The notes under the pieces are model-generated. The model saw only the letters and a program-made list of their open reading frames with translations. It did no database searches and was not told the origin of the DNA. The translations under genes were made by a program, and so were the position numbers. Below are positions 55,056 through 61,234 of a DNA stretch of 61,234 bases, piece by piece (position 1 is the first letter of the stretch; each line of letters begins with the position of its first letter). Source of the stretch: Octopus bimaculoides (taxonomy: Eukaryota). The stretch lies in assembly GCF_001194135.2 (NCBI RefSeq), contig NC_068988.1, forward strand, positions 931,906 to 993,139. The letters are read 5' to 3'.

Positions 55056-55679
55056 AGAATAAAGGAATATCCACTCAAAATCTCGTTCCCCTTAACCATG
55101 GAAAGCAGTTTTCTGCATCTTTTGCAGAGGAATGTCAAGTTTATTGAGGCAACGTGACTTGGAGAAAATACCAAATCTGTTTTGTTGGTTGATATTTAAG
55201 ATGATCACTGGAATAACCATGAAATTTCATTTCACAGTTAAAGGGTAAATTTAAAATTTATTAAACAGCATTTTTTAGATAATGTGAAATGTAAGGTAGA
55301 TTTGTTTTAATAAAATGTACAATTTAGCCAGGCTGCAAGGAGAGGCTATGCAAGAGAAATTATTTTGTTGGCAGAAAAAAGTGAAACTGCTCTGATTAGT
55401 TTCTAGTTTTCTTTTATGATCATCAGGGAAAGAATATTAATCCTCTGTCCACAGAGAGACATTAGCTTACAGCTATTTGTGATATATAGACAAGAACTCA
55501 ACTCGATTGGTCAGTCTGACTCGTACAACAATATCTATGAACTGACAACATGGATTAATTAAATCATCCACAGAACATTAGAATTAATTTCTGGATGGTT
55601 TGAAATGTAAAAATACTAAGCAGATATCATCATCACCATCATCACTTAATGTCCACTTTGCCAGTATGAATATGGACCG

Positions 55680-56750
55680 CGAAAGTGTGGCCCATCAATC
55701 CTTTCCGAACAACTCAGATCCGGCTACGGTTCCGGCTTAGAGGCGTTCAGCCGTTATCGCTCAGCTCAAGAAACTCTTCTTGCACTTCATCCAAAACATC
55801 ATCACTTCACATTGAAAAGAGTTCCTGATGAATTTCCAAGCTTCACACTTTTCATCTGTATCTGGGAAGTATCTGAGGAATTTTGTTTTGAAGTCAGTGA
55901 GACGAGTAATTATTTGTTTAACTCAGAATCAAGGTTACCGTGAATGAGAGCAAAATCCAAGTAACTAAAACTGGGGCTGTATTTCCTTGCTGAATTTGAC
56001 ATTTCCAGAGGTCGAGTTTGGCCATGAAGGTTTGAATGGTGTTGTGGTACGTGAGAATGTTGATATTTTTTCCCTTGTAATTTAAGATCGAGAGCATTCA
56101 GCATTCAGCACTTCAAAGATGTCCACTTCAAAGATGTCCACCAGGTAAGCTAGAGATAGCTGAGAGCCATCTCAGTCTGGAACTTATCATGGAGATCTGT
56201 CTTCTGCTGCAAATCTAGAAATATTGCTACTTCTTCTCGTAGTTAATAAAGCAGTCTAAGCATGTTCCCCTTTGTTAACCATTGTACGTTCGTATGAAAA
56301 AGCAACGTACAGATTCATGTTCAGATTCCATATCTTTACACAACAGTTTGGAAAGACGACTGTTTAAGGCTCCACCTTCGACAAAGTCGACAACCTTGAT
56401 AGCCACGTTCAAGACCTTTCTCACTTCAGTGGGTAAGGGTCTGGATGCTGAGGCATCACAATGAAGCAAGCAATTTTTTACCTACAACAGATGGATTTTT
56501 TTCTTTCACCCTAATAATGAATCCAGACTGCAGACCAAGCATGGCTGGAGCTCCATCAGTGCCCACCCCTACCTGCGAATTGCACGGAAGTTGGTTTTCC
56601 TGAAAGAAGTTTGATGCATCACAAAAAATAGCTGCTCTTGGTGCACAACTATCCATAACATGACAGAGCAACGTTCCCTCTTTTACGCAATCGCCCGGCA
56701 CAAAACGAGCACAAACTAGGGTCCTTACACGATTATAATAGCTAAGCTTT
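55680..56750 (-). pseudogene. hAT (Buster/Charlie-like) transposase relic
   Basis: Frameshifted peptides VGTDGAPAMLG..SGF..RVKEKNP, VLNVAIKVVDFV..GALNSRL, LNALDLKLQGK and EEFLEL. Confidence 0.82.
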
Positions 56751-56754
56751 ATAC

Positions 56755-57072
56755 AAATGGTTCTTAATCCGAGTCTTGTAACAGAAAAAAAAAATTACAA
56801 AATAAAGGTAAATATTAAAGGTACAATTCAGAATTAAGGAGGGTTTTGAGGAATATGAAGTGGGGTCAATAAGTACAGAAAATGGTAAGTGGCGCTAAGA
56901 TAGTAGAATAAAAGGACTAAAGTTATAAGGCGATACTTTTGCATTTTTTCATAAACTTCTCATTATTTGACTTTGCTCTCGTTAAGAGAATAACAAATAT
57001 TATTGAAGAAATTCCTGCTTTTTCTCAAGGGCTCGTGCTCCCCCACCACCACCCCAAGGTTAAGAACCACTG
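56755..57072. mobile_element. hAT/Buster-type MITE
   Basis: TIR CAGTGGTTCTTAA (right end exact, left end 11/13). 8-bp TSD CTTTATAC/ATCTATAC with central TA. Confidence 0.7.
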
Positions 57073-57075
57073 ATC

Positions 57076-57111
<36 letters not shown>

Positions 57112-57114
57112 TAT

Positions 57115-57480
57115 GTGGATCCAAAGGTCACAGAAACCCGTGCTTCAGACTGAGCTGAATGGTGAACAAAAGTGTGGAGTGGAGTGAAAATCTTTGAGGA
57201 GGCCAGGATAACACATGCAAGACTCAAGAGAGATTTAAAGAAGAATATTGCGACCAAGAAGGTGAATCTCAGTGACCTTTCGGTGTGCACAGTTTGTGAC
57301 AGACCAGGTCTTTCTTTTGCTGGGTTCAAATCTCATTTGTGGACCCATGAAAAACAAACCTCCACCAACAATTCTGCCTATGTGTCTGTGCACACCTTTC
57401 AATGCCATGTATGCCATAAGGGCTGCAAATCTAAAGAGGCCTCAAAAGACATTTTAAGATCCACAAAGATCAGAACTTAA
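57115..57480 (+). mobile_element. RTE (BovB-like) LINE ORF C-terminus with two C2H2-like fingers, frameshifted
   Basis: W.GVKIFEEAR...KR, then CTVCDRPGLSFAGFKSHLWTH and CHVCHKGCKSK/GLKRHFKIH across a one-base shift. Confidence 0.7.
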
Positions 57481-57631
57481 CTGCAGCTCTTTGTGGTCCA
57501 AATCAGATAAGCAATCTATGTGGGTGTCTTTTCAATACATTGGTTTAAAAACCCACATCAGACACCATGACAGATCTAAGGTGTAGGCACAGGAGGCGGT
57601 CACACTCTGCTTAACGAGTAGACCACCACCA

Positions 57632-57683
<52 letters not shown>

Positions 57684-57811
57684 CATACATAGACACAAGT
57701 ACGTATGTACCTGTATTTTTGTATATATGGGTGGATGTCTGAGTTTAAGCATATACAAGTGCAGATGCAATGGGGAGGTGCATGCAGGCAGTAATTAATC
57801 AATTATGTGGA

Positions 57812-57852
<41 letters not shown>

Positions 57853-59380
57853 CATGAATAGGTTTTAAAAGGTACAGTATGTATGTGTATACTTATATAT
57901 TACAACACGTGTATTTGTGAATGCACATGCGTCTGCATATGCTGATGAAAGTGTTCAAATTAAGGGTATTGACCTTTAATAAATCAACCAATAGACTTCC
58001 AGAAAGGGAGAGCAACTTACACCGATTCCTTCGCCCCTCCCNNNNNNNNNNNNNNNNNNNNNNNNNNNNNNNNNNNNNNNNNNNNNNNNNNNNNNNNNNN
58101 NNNNNNNNNNNTCCTTTCAGACGATCTCTTAATTGAGGCTTCAGAAATGGTTGACCTTTTGTCAAAGTGTCAAAGTAAGAGAGAAATCAACAGGGAAGTC
58201 GCCTCACTTGCGTAGTTCAAGGCTGATAGGGGTGGACAGACAGACAGACAGAGATAACAGAGAGAGGGGAGAGAGAGGGGGTGGATAGATAGACACAGAT
58301 AACAGAGGGTGGGAGGAAGGAGGGGGGGAAGAGATAGGTGAAAAAGGAAGAGGAGAGAGGTGCAGCAAAAGAAATAATGAAAGTGTAAGTGAAAAAGAGG
58401 AGAGGAAAAGGATTTTTTTATGTGTGTTTATATTATGAAAAAGGACAGGGAATACTTTAAAACTGAAAAACGAAGAGAACAGCTAAACAGATAACTAAAC
58501 GACTGGCGAGATAAGCAAAGAGATACATGTCGTATTAAGTAAGTGTTAAGAATTCTCTGTTTGATACGAGGATAATTTAAAAAAAAAGAATGCTAGCTAC
58601 AAAAATGTTTCCAGTGAGTAAAAGAACAATGTTAGTTAATTATTAATGTTGTTTTGAGTGTTTCAACAAGTGAGATAACACCAGGCATGTTTTCATCATA
58701 TAAGACCAAACCAAAATAGATATACCATATTTGCTCAAGTCATTGTGGGAAAATCATTAAGTGGAGTCAAAAAAACCCCCCTAAATGTTGAGAGAATAAA
58801 TTACTCATACATGACATCTGCATAAAAATAAAAAGAAACAATAGCTAAGTGTTTACATGTTTAATGAAGGGAACATCAAAGTGCTAAATGGGCAAAAACA
58901 ATGCAAACTGACAAGAGATAAGCTAGCAGATGATCCCACCATGTGTGTTTATGTGTTTTCTTATTTGTTTGCAAATGAAATGGAGGTAACATGTAGCAGT
59001 CCTACAAAGGACAATGTTACTGCTGTTTTAGCCCCAGGCAAACAATTTTCCAACTGGCCATCAACACACAGTCTGTGTCCATATAGCATTTGCAAGGGAG
59101 GCCATCACTCCCAGTTCTAGCCATATATATGGAAAATGGTTTCAAGATATATGGAATGAATAGAAAGGAACTTGATACAGTGTTCTTAATGCAAACAATT
59201 TGTACACAAAATATGCAGAGTGTAATATCTTAGCAGATTAACAAAGAAACTAAGATTTAACCACAGTAAATTTGCAGGAGTAGTTCACAAGAAGAGTATC
59301 ATAAAAGTCTCTAGTCTATTCAAATGACTCCCTACATTTAGTTGGTAGTTTTTGTTTCCAAATTGGTGCTGGAGTTTGTT

Positions 59381-59825
59381 ATAGTGCAATCAAAGAACTG
59401 GCAGATGTTCAGAGACCTGGATGAATGGAAATATATATATATATATATATATATAGCGATGTGAAGAAGTGTCACATAGGAAGAGGTAGACCCAAGAAGA
59501 CATGGGATGAAGTGGTGAAGCATGATCTTTGAATGTTGAGCCTCATGGAGGCAATGACAAGTGACTGAGACCTTTGGTGATAAGCTGTGCTTGAGAAAAC
59601 CATTTCAGCGCATAGCTGATGCCAGTGTCATGTCAACGGTACCTGTACCAGTGGCACGTAAAAAGCACCTACTACACTCTTGGAGTGGTTGGTGGTAGGA
59701 AGGGCAACCAGCCATAGAAACCTTGCCAAATCAGATTGGAACCTGGTGCATCTCCCTGGCTTACCAGTTTTCAGTCAAACCATCCAACCCATATCAGCAT
59801 GGAAAACAAACATTAAACGATGATA
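59381..59825 (+). mobile_element. Degraded RTE LINE 3' fragment
   Basis: GRGRPKKTWDEVVKHDL frame with stops, followed by the family tail. Confidence 0.8.
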
Positions 59826-59878
59826 TATATATATATATATATATATATACATTGACCTATATAATGTAAGTGTGTATA

Positions 59879-60086
59879 AGGCAAGGTGGCAGAATTATTA
59901 GCACACTGGAGAAAATGCTTAGCAGTATTTTGTCCATTTTTAAGTTCCAAGGTCAAATTCTGCCCAGGTCACTTGTGCCTTTCATCCTTTCGCTGTTCAT
60001 AAAATAAGTACCAGTATCGGGGTCAATATAATCAACTTCCCCCACCCCTCAAAAACTGCTGGCCCTGTGCCAAAATGTGAAACCAT

Positions 60087-60089
<3 letters not shown>
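59879..60089 (+). mobile_element. SINE family C copy
   Basis: Matches 43399-43645. Confidence 0.7.
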
Positions 60090-60120
<31 letters not shown>

Positions 60121-60123
<3 letters not shown>

Positions 60124-60271
60124 CAAGGCCAAGCTGGTGGTTAAGATTAAGATGTTCGAAGACCTTCTCAGGGACACACTGAGGAGCGCATGCGCCAGGT
60201 TCCAGGACCATTATGAGGTTGTGGTGGAAGCAGAGGGTGGTGACTTTGAGCAGACTGTTACCTCTAGTTAA
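60121..60271 (+). pseudogene. Tc1/mariner-superfamily transposase C-terminal fragment
   Basis: LRSACARFQDHYEVVVEAEGGDFE resembles the AC..F..R.EAV..A.GG.FE end of IS630-Tc1-mariner transposases. Confidence 0.65.
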
Positions 60272-60897
60272 GGATGATAATGGTACATTCCGAGTTTGGT
60301 GACACAAAAACAAAAAAGAGAAATAAGAACTCAATATGTGTAATAGAATTTATGAAACATTCAAAGGTGAGGCTCGAGTCCTTCAATATTCTGGCTTGCT
60401 ACCTCATCCTCGAGGTAACTAAGAAAAAAAACAGGTAATGTTATCACAGCGGGAAACTAAGAGAAATTAAGAAACACACAGACAGGGGGAGAGGCAGGGA
60501 TTGATAACCTGAAAGTAAAGCAGACAGGAAGAGAGATAAATAAACACAGGTAGATTGATGGGAGATAGGCAGGTAAACAGACAATCCCATAATGAAGTGA
60601 CACCTGTACATCTTTGTTACTCATATACATACACACACACACTTTTACATTTATACTCCACACATATATACGCCTGTGTGTGTGCACATATATGTGTATA
60701 TATATATATATATATATAATTATGAGCAGAGAGCCGTTGGTACAGTGTTATCCATTTGAGAAAATGAAAGAAATGGCTTTACTGATAATTTTTCCATTTC
60801 AATAATTAAATATTTATGAATTATTAACACCCAATAATTTATAAACATCTAATTATTAAAATGTAAATATCAGTAAAGCCATTTCTATTCATTTTTC

Positions 60898-61234
60898 AAA
60901 TAGGTCTGGAGATGCCACTACGATAGATTGCTTAATAAAGAGAATGAATGGGAGAAAGAGAGCCTGCAGTATGTCGACCCAATAGAGGGACCAGCTATCC
61001 GAGTTGATAGTACCAGGGTAGATAAGGCAATTAAGAGTATGAAGACCGGGAAAGCCCCCGGCCCATCAGGAATCACTGCATAGATGCTCAAAATATCTGG
61101 CAGTGTTGGCTATAGCCTAGTCACCCGTATTACGAACCAGGTGATACACGAAGGAGTCATACCCAATGACTGGTGTAGCAGCATCATAGTCAACTGCTAC
61201 AAAGGTAAAGGTGACGCTTTAGATACAAATAATT
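60898..61234 (+). mobile_element. RTE LINE reverse transcriptase N-terminal fragment, runs off the window
   Basis: VWRCHYDRLLN.ENEW...KTGKAPGPSGITA*MLK...IPNDWCSSIIVNCYKGKGDALD with TAG stops in place of GAG. Confidence 0.9.

Noticed and set aside
54962-55174. Hydrophobic minus-strand ORF as the XKR start exon
   Set aside because: No suitable phase-0 donor, and the frame runs into a SINE.
58140-58420. GA-rich tract and nearby donor-like sites as XKR promoter or first exon
   Set aside because: Only compositional hints, with no ATG exon or other support.

Overview
AT-rich metazoan genomic DNA with seven N-gaps. The repeat content looks like an Octopus genome (inference). Two convergent spliced genes can be built by hand with consistent GT-AG phases. 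(1) BSDC1 on +: 10 coding exons, 5685-26432, 528 aa. (2) An XK-related (XKR) scramblase on -: at least 6 coding exons, 44448-28817, start exon not found. Its last exon is the 4.8-kb ORF and gives the protein a ~1,630-aa low-complexity C-terminal tail. The rest is transposon-derived: a 28S rRNA fragment fused to a disrupted Helitron helicase, many RTE LINE fragments, three tRNA-derived SINE families, MITEs, and Buster-hAT and Tc1/mariner relics. The most unusual items are (a) a Penelope-like terminal repeat carrying a tRNA-type Pol III promoter followed by a minimal hammerhead-ribozyme-like motif, present in five copies, four of them as two fold-back pairs inside BSDC1 introns, and (b) the giant XKR tail with clustered 14-3-3-like and CDK-like motifs. 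All calls were made by eye, no searches or folding were run, and repeat boundaries are approximate.
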